In this document: piece by piece, positions 30,703 through 63,149 of the stretch | Numbering within the stretch: position 1 is the first letter of the stretch | Layout of the letters: every line of letters begins with the position of its first letter | NCBI RefSeq assembly: GCF_009914755.1 | Contig: NC_060943.1 | Origin: the human T2T-CHM13v2.0 reference genome, Homo sapiens | Direction: 5' to 3' (one strand) | Length of the DNA stretch: 64,000 nt | Made by a program: the position numbers and the translations under genes | The notes under the pieces: model-generated | Databases searched by the model: none | What the model saw: the letters and a program-made list of their open reading frames with translations, nothing else | What the model was told of the DNA's origin: nothing

Positions 30703-31814
30703 CCCTGGGCGCGTGCAGCCCCCTGAATCTTCTCCGTGCAGCCCCTTGGGGCGCGACCTTGTGCGAGGCCCTCGGGGCCCACCCACAGCGGCCCAGGGCC
30801 AGACCCTGGCTGGAAGCCAGAACGCAGACTGCAGGGGCCGCGCCTGGCTCAGGCGGCCCCACCCCCGGGACGTGGGGTCACTTCCTTCATGTAAGACTTT
30901 GGCCGAAATTTCTACACCTGTGTCTAGTCCTCCCCTCCAAGAGCATTAACTATTTAAAACAAGGAAAAGAGGAAAAAAAAAACAGAGGCCCGCCCTACCC
31001 CACTCCTGCCCCTCCGTTTCTTTGCTGAAGTGAGTAGTGTGATCCTGGAGGCCCCCCGGCCTGGCCCCGCCCCGCCAGCCGCCCCCGTTAGCGTCATAAA
31101 GTCCAGCTTGTCTCCCTCGATCCAAAGGCCGTTTTCTCGAGGGGAGGGCAGGCCCGGCCTGGAGGGGTGCTGTGGAGCTGTCTTGCCCAGGCCCTCCTGG
31201 GAGGGGGACAGGCATTGTTGCCAGGGGTGAGGCCGTGCCCCAGGCCTCCCCGAAACCAAAGGGGAAGGCAGGGGTGGGGCCGTGGCTGAAGCCGGCTCCC
31301 CAACCAAAATGCTGCACCAAAGCTCGGGCGCCGCGGGCACGGCTGCTGCAGTCTCTTCCCAGCCTGGCCCTGGCAAGGGGCGGGTGGGCGCTGCCAGGCG
31401 GGTGCTTCTCGACGCACTTGCTCCCGGAGGCTGCGCCCCGGCGCCTGGAACCCGAGGTGGGAGGACCGGTTGGTGTCACCCTGCTCGGCCCTCAGCCCTG
31501 CCGCGTGGGGCGCGTGGGCACGGAGCTTCCTGCCTCTCTGCTCCGACACCCGGCAAGCAGCCGGAGACAAAACGCCTTAAAGCCCCCGGCCCAGCCCTGC
31601 AGGTATATTGCAGGGGCCTGGGGGCGGCCCTGGACTGGCGGGCGGTTCCCCAGTGGGGTGCCCTGGAGGCTGCCGGGCAGAGTGGAGCAGCTTGGGGCCG
31701 TGCCCAGGGCGGTGGCTGTGAGTCTAGTTTTTGCTTTACCAAGTGTACAGAAATGGCATTTACGTTTCTCTGATGCTCCCTTGAAGCCATAGAATTTAGG
31801 GGCTTTTTTAAAAA

Positions 31815-31820
31815 AATAAA
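31815..31820 (+). terminator. CSNK1G2: Poly(A) signal AATAAA of CSNK1G2 (3'UTR about 30703-31835)
   Basis: AATAAA in an AT-rich patch, upstream TGTA near 31744, GT-rich sequence downstream. Confidence 0.85.
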
Positions 31821-32539
31821 AGAAAAATGAAACCAAACCCAAGTGTAGAGGGATTTGTCTGGGCTTTCCACGAAGCTTGACCTGGAACGGGCGTTGCTTC
31901 CATCCCCATCCTGCCTGTCCGGGACGAGTCCGGAGCGGCTGGCGGCCTCCGGTAACAGAAACCGACTGATGAGGCGGAAGGTAAGGAAGATGGAAGCAGA
32001 GGGCAGAGCTGGGCTCTGTCTGGGGAGAGGGCAGGAGACGAGTGTTCACGTACCATGGAAAGGGGAAGTCACACACATGCGACTTGGCCCCGGGGGTCCC
32101 GTTCCCCGACACTACACAAATATACCTGAAAGCCTCAGCGACGGGGCCCAGGCAGGATGGTCCTGGCTGCTCTGACGGCGGAAGGCCTCCTTGACTCCCT
32201 CTGTTCACGCAGCAGGGCAGAAAACATCTCCACGGGGGCCACGACACTGTGAAGGGAATCAGCAGTAGCTCCCAGAAGAACAGCGGAAACTGCAGGCAGG
32301 TGAAGACCTTGGCAGCACTAGCCCCGGCTCCGCCCCGTGCCTTCTCCCCAGACAACACCCCATACCCGGCAGCAAGGGTGGAAGACCAGTACCACCGTAA
32401 TATGTTGTGACAAAGCAGAAATAATGCACCTGTAAGAGTCAGATGGCAAGAGGGAAATGGAATGAGCTCATCGATGGTTTTCCCGGCAGTAGCTTGGGGA
32501 TAAGGACTACTTGTCATGTGCTTTATATATTTACCCACA

Positions 32540-35500
<2,961 letters not shown>

Positions 35501-35962
35501 CTTGCTGCCGGGTTTCTTGATGTCTTGCCCTGCACGTGTGCTCCTGAGGCAGCAGCCAACGGCTTGACTTCTCTGGCCACTGAGGCCACAACTGGGCACT
35601 CCCTGCTTTCTCTCCATCTCTCACATCCACGGTCCCCCAGCAGCCAGCAGGGCCTCCCCACGGGGAAATCGGCACACACGTCCATTGCATTTGGGTTTGG
35701 GGGGAGGTGTTGAGTTAGTTAGGGTCTTGCTCTTGCCCAGGGGGGAGGGCAGTGGTGCATCACTGCTCACTGCAGTCTCGACCTCCCGGGCTTCAGTGTG
35801 GCCTGTGGGTACTTAAGGAGGGTCTCGCAGCACTGGCGACCAGACCCGGGGTTCAGGGCCCCTCTCGGCGCACGACATCCCTCGCCCACTGCAGCCCGGA
35901 TGACAGGGCAGAGAGTGAAGGGGAGCAAAGCAGTGTGCGCTCAAGGCAGGTGCATTTGTTTC

Positions 35963-35968
35963 TTTATT
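35963..35968 (-). terminator. BTBD2: Poly(A) signal AATAAA of BTBD2 (3'UTR about 36985-35945)
   Basis: tttatt on the plus strand in the only AT-rich patch about 1 kb past the stop. Confidence 0.85.
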
Positions 35969-36985
35969 TAAAAAAATCATCTGGGGGCATGGTCTGAGGA
36001 GGACACCCCTCCCATGGCTTTGGGGAGGACGCAGGTTCCAGGAGTCACAGGGCAGAAACACGCGGGGTGGGTGGGGGCGTGGCCGGAGTGGGGAGGGGCT
36101 GTGCCCCCAGCACCTGGGGGTGGCTCCCACGGCACCAGGTGGGCTAGGGCAACAGTATGTACAGGCGAGCAGTGCTCCTGGACCCGGTCGGGGCCGGCTG
36201 GGGCCCCATTCTGCGGCAGGGGAGCTCTGGGGCACAGGGTCTGAGTCCCATCTTGGGCTGCAGGGACCGCGAGGGCCGTCCAGGGAGGCTGGACAGCGGG
36301 GGCCTTTATCTGGGCCCATCAGGTGGATGAGAACGGACACTGCAAACCGCTCACCACCTGGGCCAGGGCTAGGCCTATCCGGCAGGGGCCGTCCCCACAC
36401 TGAATCCTGCGTGCGCAGAACTCAAGCCGGCATCCAGGCAGTGGGAACGCCCCGCAGGCTGGGCTTGGGTGGCCTCGGGCACGTGACAGGTGGGGCCCGT
36501 GTCCTGATAAACGGACAGGAACAAAAGGAACGCAAGGTCTGGGACCCACGGCTCTGGGAGCAGCGCCACCCAGGCTGGCTCCTAGCAGAGAAATGGGAAT
36601 CGCAAATGCATTGCAATGTGCAGTGAAGAGACGCGAGGGACGCCCGCGGCGCACCGCCGGCAGACGACGTGGGCAGGCGCCCTGAGCTGCGGGTCCGTGG
36701 GCCCTGGCCCAGGCCGGCACAGCCCTGTCCCTAGTCCTGAGGGATTGTCTCCACAGGGCCTGGCCACTGGCCTGGCCACCTCCCCGGCTGCCCTGATCCA
36801 GCAGCCACACTCGTGGTGAACACAGGGCAACCCCGTCCTGATGCTGAGAAAGGTGGCATGGAGTGGACAGACGGCCTGGGGGACACTGGGCCTGGCACCG
36901 CGTGGTGGGGGGGCCCCAGCAGCAGATGATGGCCTGGGGCTGCGGCTATCCCCACGGAGGGAGGGCGGTGTCGGTGTCGGGCAGC

Positions 36986-37147
36986 CTAGGTGTAGAAGAT
37001 GACCTCGGGGATCTGGCCGTCCTCCACGGATGTGCCATTGTTGTTCCCGGCCGCGTAGCAAAAGGTGAAGCAGGTCTTGGCGCCCGTGGTGGGCGACTCG
37101 TGTGTCACCTTGCGCAGGCCTTTGGTGCCGTAGTGGGAGTCTGGGCC
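36986..37147 (-). CDS. BTBD2: BTBD2 exon 9 coding part ([10 protein letters not shown]...[17 protein letters not shown])
   Basis: ctacag| acceptor; TAG at 36988-36986; PHR C-terminal NGT...GQIP motif. Confidence 0.96.
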   Translation of the reverse strand, partial: GPDSHYGTKGLRKVTHESPTTGAKTCFTFCYAAGNNNGTSVEDGQIPEVIFYT

Positions 37148-37327
37148 CTGTAGGGAATAGGGGTACAGTGAGGTCAAGGACCACCAGGCTGGGATGCCCC
37201 AGGTGTGGACAGGGCAAGGCCCCGACTGGGCCAGGGTGGCTGCCTCTGGAGAGTGTGTGCTGTGCCCCGGTGGCTTCAGGATGGGCCAGAGACTCCCACG
37301 GAGGGACCCCTGTCCCCGGCGGCGCAC

Positions 37328-37474
37328 CTTGAGCGTGGCACAGGCCGTGTAGTTGACGTTGGGCAGCACCTCCACCGGCTCCTTGAACATGACGCGGAAG
37401 GTGCTGGCTGAGCCGTCGCAGCTGAAGCCCGTGTCGTTCTGGCCCAAGACGGTGTTGCTATCGGTGTGAATAAT
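37328..37474 (-). CDS. BTBD2: BTBD2 exon 8 ([12 protein letters not shown]...YTACATLK)
   Basis: ccgcag|...|gtgcgc; 147 nt. Confidence 0.96.
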
Positions 37475-37663
37475 CTGCGGGGAGGTGGGAAGTGGGAGGC
37501 TCAGGCCTGGGGAGGGCCAACGGGGACCCCTCGAGGCCCAGCCCACCTGCCCAGGGTGGGGGCAGCACAGGGACCAGGGCCGGGGGTTCAGCCAGGGTTC
37601 CATGGAGGTGGAGAGAGGACATGGGCCTGAGTGGGGCCTGGGGATGAGGCTTGGGGCTGGTAC

Positions 37664-37751
37664 CTGGATGTTCACTTGGTAGTCGGTGGGCCCGTGGATG
37701 GATCCATACAGCCCAAATCCCACCACGAAGATGCGCTTGTTGACTGAGAAC
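37664..37751 (-). CDS. BTBD2: BTBD2 exon 7 ([30 protein letters not shown])
   Basis: cggcag|...|gtacca; 88 nt; PHR motif GFGLYG. Confidence 0.96.
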
Positions 37752-37819
37752 CTGCCGTGGCAGATGACAGGCAGCAGCGTGGATACCCAGGGATAGCCTA
37801 AGGTGAGCTGGGGCGAGCC

Positions 37820-37985
37820 CACCCCCATGCCCGGTCCCCTCCATCGTCCCTGAGTCCTCCACCCCCATGCCCGGCGGCCCCCCCGCCGTCTTCATCATCC
37901 CTGAGTTCTCCACCCCCATGCCCGGCCCCCCATCTCCGTCATCCCCGAGTCCTCCACCCCCATGTCCGGACCCCCCCGCCTGCAC
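37820..37985. repeat. Degenerate ~40-50 bp minisatellite in BTBD2 intron 6, ~3.5 copies
   Basis: Recurrent tccc(t/c)gagt(c/t)ctccacccccatg(c/t)ccgg. Confidence 0.8.
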
Positions 37986-37997
37986 CCCAAGCCCCAC

Positions 37998-38190
37998 CTG
38001 ATGCGGTCACTGGTCCCGCTGTAGCCCCAGCGACTCTCCACCTGCTGGAAGCGGTTGATGCTGCACTCCTTCCCACGCAGGCAGCAGCGGGGCCGGTCAA
38101 TGAACTCCACTCGTGGCTTGGGGTTGACGGTGAAGTGCAGGAAGAGGCTGACCACCTCGCGGTCCACCAGGATGCCCGACTGTGCGGGAC
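37998..38190 (-). CDS. BTBD2: BTBD2 exon 6 ([13 protein letters not shown]...[11 protein letters not shown]), start of PHR domain
   Basis: ctgcag|...|gtgggg; 193 nt. Confidence 0.96.
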
Positions 38191-39063
38191 CTGCAGCACA
38201 GGGAGGGTGTGGGGGAGGGCCGGGCTGCACCCCAGGATCCCGAGTGCCTGGGAGGACACGCTCCTTCCCCCTAAGATGTCTGCGTCGGACTTTCAAGGTG
38301 CAGGGACCTGGGCAGCCCCTCCCCGGGGGACTAGCCACCAGCCATGGCCCCTGCTGCCTGGGCTTTTAGGGAGAGGTCCCAGGGCACAGACCAGAGGCCG
38401 ACAGATACGCTCACTCAGGGGCGATGCCTCAGGGTCTGACAGATGCACTCACTCAGGGGTGATGTCTCAGGGTCTGGCCCCACTGTAGGGACCACCCGTC
38501 ACTTCACTGTGGGTGGGGGCGGGGGGCTCCACTGCCTGTTCTCTCAGGGCCATTGGCTGGGAGGGGTCACTGTGGCTCCCTGCTAGGCCTGTACCCCCCA
38601 GGCTGCAGCCCTGGCTTCTAGAAGCAGTCTGGGGGTTCCTCTCCACGGTGGGCCCTAGGCAGACACCTTCTCAAGCGCTTACACCCCCAGGGGTGATGGC
38701 TAGCGGACCCCAGGCAGACTCCAAGAGCCAGGCTCTTAATCCCGGTGCAGAGATGTCACAGGCAGAGGGACTGTGCATGGGATGTGAAGGGGCTCTGGGT
38801 AGGGAGGGGAGGCCAGGAGGGGCAGAATTGGGGGTCCACCATCCACCCCCAGGAGTGCCAGGACACAGCACCCTCTGCTCTAATGAGAGCAGCCCTGCCT
38901 GCCTGAGACCTAATCACTCATCAACCAAGGTGGGCTCAACTCCGCATCGCTCAGCTGCAAGCCAGCCCAGTGCAGACACAGTTTAATAACTGGTGAGAAA
39001 CAGACCATTATGGGTTAAGTGAATCAGGAAGACTGAGTATCAAAACTCAATAAACAATGTTAA

Positions 39064-39885
<822 letters not shown>

Positions 39886-40501
39886 AATCTGGCGACCTTC
39901 AGCTAAGCAAGAGCGGGGGCCGCGTGGACCTGGGGAAGGCCAGACGGCGAGTGTGCACCAGCCCCAGGGCTCTGTCCCAGCCCCTTCTGGAAAGTTCCAG
40001 GCCTGTTTTGCTCCAGAGCTGGATGGCGTCAGGCAGTGAGCAGCCACGAGGGCAGGAGGCATCGTTAGCGCTGCCCCTTCACGTCACCCTGGAACCCAGG
40101 CCCTGCAGCAGGGGACCCCAAGGCCCACTCGGGCGCATGACAGCCACCCCGGCCATGTCAGAGCCCTCCTGAGCTCGTCACAGACACTGGTACCTGCACC
40201 AGCAGGTAGCACAAGGGCGCGAGACGGGGACTCCCTTCCCTCCTGGGAAGATGCCACCAAAACAGCTGGACAGACACGAGAGGCGGGGTCTGGCAGTGTG
40301 CACGGTGGGGACAGAGCCGGGCCGGGGCTAACAGATGGCCCTGTGGACGCGTCCTCACAAGCCAGGTTTCTTCCTATCTGTATATGCCAGGCATCTGCCA
40401 GGCTTTCCGCAGTGAACTCGGGGGCACTATCCTCGGTACCCAGATGCCCACCTGTGTGCCACTCCCCTCCCAAACCAGCCCCTGAGCCCGAGCTCTGTTA
40501 C

Positions 40502-40699
40502 CTGCAGCGAACTCCTCGATGGTCATGAGCGGGAAGCGAATGAGGCCCAGGGCCTTGCCCAGAACCTTCCGCCTGTTCTCTGGCGTCACCTGCAGCTGCT
40601 GCCGCTGACACTCGGCCTCGGACCAGCGGACAACGGCATTGAACAGCCGCACCTCACGGATGCCCAGTGTGTCGCGCTCCAGGACAGCCACCAGCGTGT
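40502..40699 (-). CDS. BTBD2: BTBD2 exon 5 ([12 protein letters not shown]...[14 protein letters not shown]), BACK domain
   Basis: cccacag|...|gtaaca; 198 nt; IRFPLM BACK motif. Confidence 0.96.
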
Positions 40700-40792
40700 C
40701 TGTGGGGTGGAGGAAGGGGCTGCGTGAACACGACACCCACATGCCCACCCTGCAGGAGGCAGTGAGACTAACGTGAGGACCAGCAGTTAAAG

Positions 40793-40990
40793 CCGGGCTG
40801 GCAACTATGGCCCGTGGCCCAAATCTGGCCCTGTGAGTGTGTTTATAAATAAAGCTTTATCAACACAAGACCACGCCCCTTCATTTTCCTCGGCTGTGGT
40901 TGTTTTTAAGCCACAAGGACAGACTTGAGTAGCTTTGACAAAAGCTGTTCAACAGCAAAGTCAAAGCCATGGACCATCGGAGGACGAGAT
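40793..40990. mobile_element. MER58-like hAT-Charlie MITE
   Basis: gggctggcaactatggcccgtggcccaaatctggccc...ataaataaag. Confidence 0.7.
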
Positions 40991-41214
40991 GGTCACCATC
41001 AGCTGGGATGGTGGGCTCTGGCCTGTGGCCTCCTGGCCAAGGCCCCGGACTCCCGTGGGGCTGTGCTAGGACCCAAACTCCTGACCTGCTGCAAGTGGTG
41101 AGGCCCCAGCTCACCTGTGCAACTCCCCCAGGCCCAAAGCTCCCACTGTCAATCCCCGGACCCTCCCGCCGAGGCCCCGCTGGGATTCCCACACCTGGGC
41201 TCCTGGGCCCTTAC

Positions 41215-41320
41215 CCAGGTCAATGTCGGTGAAGCCCTCCGCGGTGATGGCGTCTGCAGTGTTTTTGTCGATGTTCTCCAGGCACAGGCTGGCCAGCTGC
41301 GGTTCATCGAAGAGTCGCGC
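41215..41320 (-). CDS. BTBD2: BTBD2 exon 4 ([19 protein letters not shown]...FTDIDL), BACK domain
   Basis: ttgccag|...|gtaagg; 106 nt. Confidence 0.95.
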
Positions 41321-42278
41321 CTGGCAAGAGACATCGACGGGGGGCGCGGTGGGGACATCAGCACCCAGCCCTCGGCAGATCCCCAGTGCGGGGCCGGTTC
41401 AAATGCAGCCCTGACCACACGGGCCTTCCTGAGCGTGGCCAGGAGCCACCAGGGTCTCAGCCACCAGGCCGGCCCTGTTGTGGGCCCAGAGACTCCCCTG
41501 TGACCGCTGACTGGGGCGGGAGAGTTGGGGAGTTCCCTCTCAGGACCTCAGAGGCCAAGGAAGGAAGAAAAAGATGCTCAGGTCCCTGTCGGCAGGGCCT
41601 GCTGCTTTAGGCAAAAGGGGCGTTGCAGCTGCACTCGGGGGGCAGCAGGGCCCAGGACCCCGAGTGGCAGGCAGAGGTGAGGTGGCCGGGGCCGACCGGT
41701 GAAGCTTCCCGACCACAACATGCCCTTGGCCACTTGTGGTGGGAGGGGCCGTGTCCCCGGCAGCTCCATCCCAAGACAAACAGCAGACATGACTTCTGAC
41801 AGTCAGGTGACAGAGCTGGAGGACGCCTGTGCTCTTAGGGAAACAGAGGCTTAGTTAGTGGAAGGTGCTGGAAGGGCCTATGCCAGCAGGGACCCGGGCA
41901 GGCCTTTCTGCGGGCATCCTCCCGAGGACACCTCTCAAGTGGGTTCGTAGTGGTTTTAGGGGCAGGGAGGCTGAGGCAGCCACAAGATGAAGCCCGGGGA
42001 GTGAGCTCCAGCCTCCTCTCAGCTCAGGCAGAGGCCTCTCCAGCAAGGCGACCAGATGACCCGGACAAGAAACCCCTCCCTGTGGGAGTCCGGGATGCCC
42101 TGCATCTGACCTGCCAGGATGGAGGGGGAGAAGGTTCTGGGTCCTTTCCAGGATGCCGGACCCCCAAAGCCCATTGGAGGACCCAGTGCCGCTGTCCCCT
42201 CTGGCCACCCTCCACCCCCGACCAGGAGCTCACGGCTCCCAAGCGGCCGTCCACCCGTACTGGCCCCACGTCCTCTCA

Positions 42279-43736
<1,458 letters not shown>

Positions 43737-44181
43737 TCAGGGGACCACTCAGACCGTTAGACTCGGCCACCGGCCCTTGAGCTGGCAGGACCCAAACACC
43801 CACATCAGGTTCCCCGAGGAACCTTCCAGAATTAGCCCCTGTCCGTTGCCCTCTGACATAGGGACACGACTTGGCAAGGTGGTCACCCATGAAAACGAGC
43901 AAGAGGCTGAACCCATCTACACAGCACACACCCGGAAGCGTCTATATGGCCTGTCTTGTTCTGCCCGGGATGCCCCAGGAGAGGGCACTGGGAGCTGGGT
44001 GTCTCCTTCTTGGGCACCTTTTCCATGAGGAACTGTTGGTTCCCCACCTCGGGCACCACCGAAAACCTCAACCACTTCTGGGTGGATCATAGAACCCAAC
44101 ACGCTAATTAGGATCATGGATAATCATGGACGCTATTACCACCTGCCAGCGAGGGGCCCACACGACACTGAATACAGATCA

Positions 44182-47693
<3,512 letters not shown>

Positions 47694-47841
47694 GTGCCTC
47701 TGGAACCCCTCATTGCACAGGAACGTTCTAGAAATCTCCACCAAGCCAGGGCCTCTGAGCTGGTGTCAGACAGGGTCTACGTTCTCTGAGGTCCCCCTCC
47801 CCAGGCCCAGCTCCCCAGCAGGAAGCATCCGGAAGCATTAC

Positions 47842-47961
47842 TTGAGCAGTGCGAGGAAGGCAGCGGGTTCCACGTCGGGCAGCTCAATCTCCGTGGATGT
47901 TGTGGCCATTCCCCCGTTGAACATGGCATCAAAGACGGCGCTGCCCACGGCCAGCACGAAC
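47842..47961 (-). CDS. BTBD2: BTBD2 exon 2 ([41 protein letters not shown]), BTB/POZ core
   Basis: Minus strand taccag|...|gtaatg; 120 nt, phase 2-2; classic BTB motif; exon 1 is outside the window. Confidence 0.95.
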
Positions 47962-48261
47962 CTGGTACGGGAGAGAGAAGGCCCTGGTTAAGCCCGTGGC
48001 CGCCACCCCACGGCCGGGAGGGCCAGCCCGGTATCCTGGGTGACCACCCCACTAGGGCTCCCTGCCAGCCTCCAGCAGGCATGTACCAGGCCCCCCGATG
48101 GCAGAGGCTTCTGGAAGGGGCCTGGGACAGCAGGAGGGTGATGCAGACGGACCCACGGCAAGGACAGGCAGGGCTAGGACCATGCCCTGGGCCACACAGG
48201 GCCTCACGCTCTGCCAGCCCTCACCATCCTCTCTCTTTCCTTCCAGGCGTCAGGCACGCAC

Positions 48262-48705
48262 TCATTCACTCATTCCCATATGCATGCATTTATTCACACG
48301 TGTTCATTCACACATGCATTCACACATACGTTCATTCATGCATGCATTCACTCGCTCATTCACATGCATTCATTCACACAGGCGTTCATTCACTCATTCA
48401 TTCACATATTCATTCATTAACTAATTTCCATGTACATTCACTCAACTCATACACATGCACTCATTCATTCATCCACACATGCATTCATTGATCCACTGAT
48501 TCATTCCCGTGGGCATGCATTCACTTGCTCATTTATGACACATGCATTCATTCACTTTCTCATTCATCGCACACTCATTCACTCACCCATTCACACACAC
48601 ACACATTCGTTCATTCCCACATGCACTCATCCACTTAGTCTCATTATTCACTCATTCATTCACACTCGTCTACTCTCTATCACTCTCCTGCTCACGCATT
48701 CCCTC
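48262..48705. repeat. (CATT/CACT)n simple repeat, possibly an expanded L2 tail
   Basis: Degenerate cattca/cactca/catgca array. Confidence 0.85.
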
Positions 48706-49882
48706 ATCAGCACAAGCTTTCCCAGGGAGTCAGCTACAGGCACAGGGCCTGGCCTCACTGAGGGAGACAGACGAGGACCAAATGGCCGAACAGCCCCCAC
48801 TGAGTGAGAGAAGAGAGAGGAGCGTGGTCCCATCAGGAACGCAAGGCCCAGGGAAGCCCTGTGGGGTCATCTGAGCCGCCACGTCCATGGGGAAGGGCAT
48901 GGAGGCCCAGGAACAGCAGGAGCGTGGGAGGAGCGTTAGGAGGCAGCAGGGGTGGCCCCAGCTGGGAAAGCGGTGGCTGTGAGGACGCTGGGGGTTCTGC
49001 CCCGTGTGAAGCTCAGGCTGCCTATGGGGCCCACTCAGTGGCTCAGATCTTCGATATCGCCACAGGCAGGAGGGTGCGGTGAGCAGAGAAAGGCTGCTGG
49101 TGCCTCCCCAAGAGCCGGCTATGAACCCGCGTTTGGCCAGGTCTGTATGGGGTGGGGAGAACTCCACGGCTCCCAGGCTCAAGACGCCACTCTGTGCTGT
49201 CCATGTACAGTCCCCAGGGCCTGCCCACACGATGGCCTCCCAGGGGGCTGAGAGCACACACAGCATAGGGGGGTCACAGACACTCAGCAGGGGCACAGAC
49301 GCTGGTGGGGCGGGTTCACAGACGCTCGCGAAGTGGGATCACAGACGCTCGGCCTGCGCGCGGCGGAGCACCTGCCCCAGGACGTTGCGGTCCCTGCGTC
49401 ACCTCTTCCCCACCTGTCCCCTTCCAAGTCTCCCACCACAGCAAGTGCCGGCTCTCAACAGCCTCCCCACGCCCGGAAAGCTCCGGAGCTACAGGTGGTT
49501 CCGCACGGATGGGACCTGCTTCTCACTCCTGCACAGCTGAACCTCCAGGACTGGCTGGGCGACCTCCACACAGCTCCCGGGAAAGCCCCCGTCTTCCGAG
49601 GAGAAGCTCCTCGCTCTCCTCCCACCACACGCGCCCCCCTAAACCCCGCAGGCCCTCAGCCCACCCGGTCCAGCCCAGGGCTTGACTGCGCCTGAGAGTC
49701 AGGTCAGAAACCAACGCAGTGGCTTCCACATGGGCCCCGACCACAGCTTCCACATCCGCCCCGAACCTCGGAATGCGAGGCCCGGCGGAAACAGGCCGGT
49801 GCTAACTCCGTGAGTCAGGACGAAGGCGCCGGGGAAGGCTGGCCCTAAACAGTGGCTGGTGTTTTTGGAAGGAGGAGAAACA

Positions 49883-52005
<2,123 letters not shown>

Positions 52006-52029
52006 AGGTTAAAGACCGAAAGAATTGTG

Positions 52030-53537
<1,508 letters not shown>

Positions 53538-53559
53538 CTACGTCAACATCAAAAGAAAG

Positions 53560-61431
<7,872 letters not shown>

Positions 61432-62108
61432 TCAGCTGCTGTTTTCTTTCTCTCTGCTGTGTGGCCTGTGGCTGTCAGCAACCCATCGGGTCCGTTTGTT
61501 CCCACAGCCCCAGGACAGATGTGTCTGAGTGACCTTGTTTCAATCATGGAAACTGAGGCACAGAGCACTTGGGACACACTGCTCTGTGGACCTCTCAGCC
61601 CCAGGTCCCGCAAACACATCCAAGCCAGTACTTGTCCCTCCTGAGCCTGTCCTGGCTTGTGATGCTCCAGCCAGAAGTCTGGGGACCCCCACCACAGCCC
61701 CCCACGCCCTCACCTGCCAAGCTGCCTCCTCTCCTGGCCACAGGAACTCGCTTCCTCCAAAGAGGACCTGCATCCTCTACCCCTCATTTCTGCCGTCCCC
61801 ACCGAGCCCGCTGCTGTCTCCTGCCTGGAGTCTGCAGCTGCTACTCCCCAGCCTCGCTCCTGGGCCCATCCACGGCGCGTTCCACCCTCAATGCGGATCT
61901 GGTCACGCTGGGCCACAGGGCCTCCCTCACTCCTCCTGCTCCGGCCTTGCCATGGCTCCCACCTGCCCAGCCCCTCTGGGCTCTGGGCCTTCCATCCCTG
62001 AGCCTGGGGCACTGCACTCTCCATCAACATCACTTGCTCAGGGGGTCGTTCTGGACCAGGTCAGTGCCCCCTCTCCATTTTCAACCCTCCTGAAATGCTA
62101 AGGAAACA

Positions 62109-63149
<1,041 letters not shown>

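Noticed and set aside
30955-30983. Possible proximal poly(A) site in the CSNK1G2 3'UTR
   Set aside because: A-rich tract without a canonical hexamer; more likely an oligo-dT internal priming site.
31492-32538. 348-aa minus-strand ORF antisense to the CSNK1G2 3' end
   Set aside because: No recognisable domain, composition typical of non-coding DNA; ORFs of this length are expected occasionally at about 65% GC over six frames.
48081-48874. His/Ser/Phe-rich ORFs
   Set aside because: Translation of the (CATT)n simple repeat.
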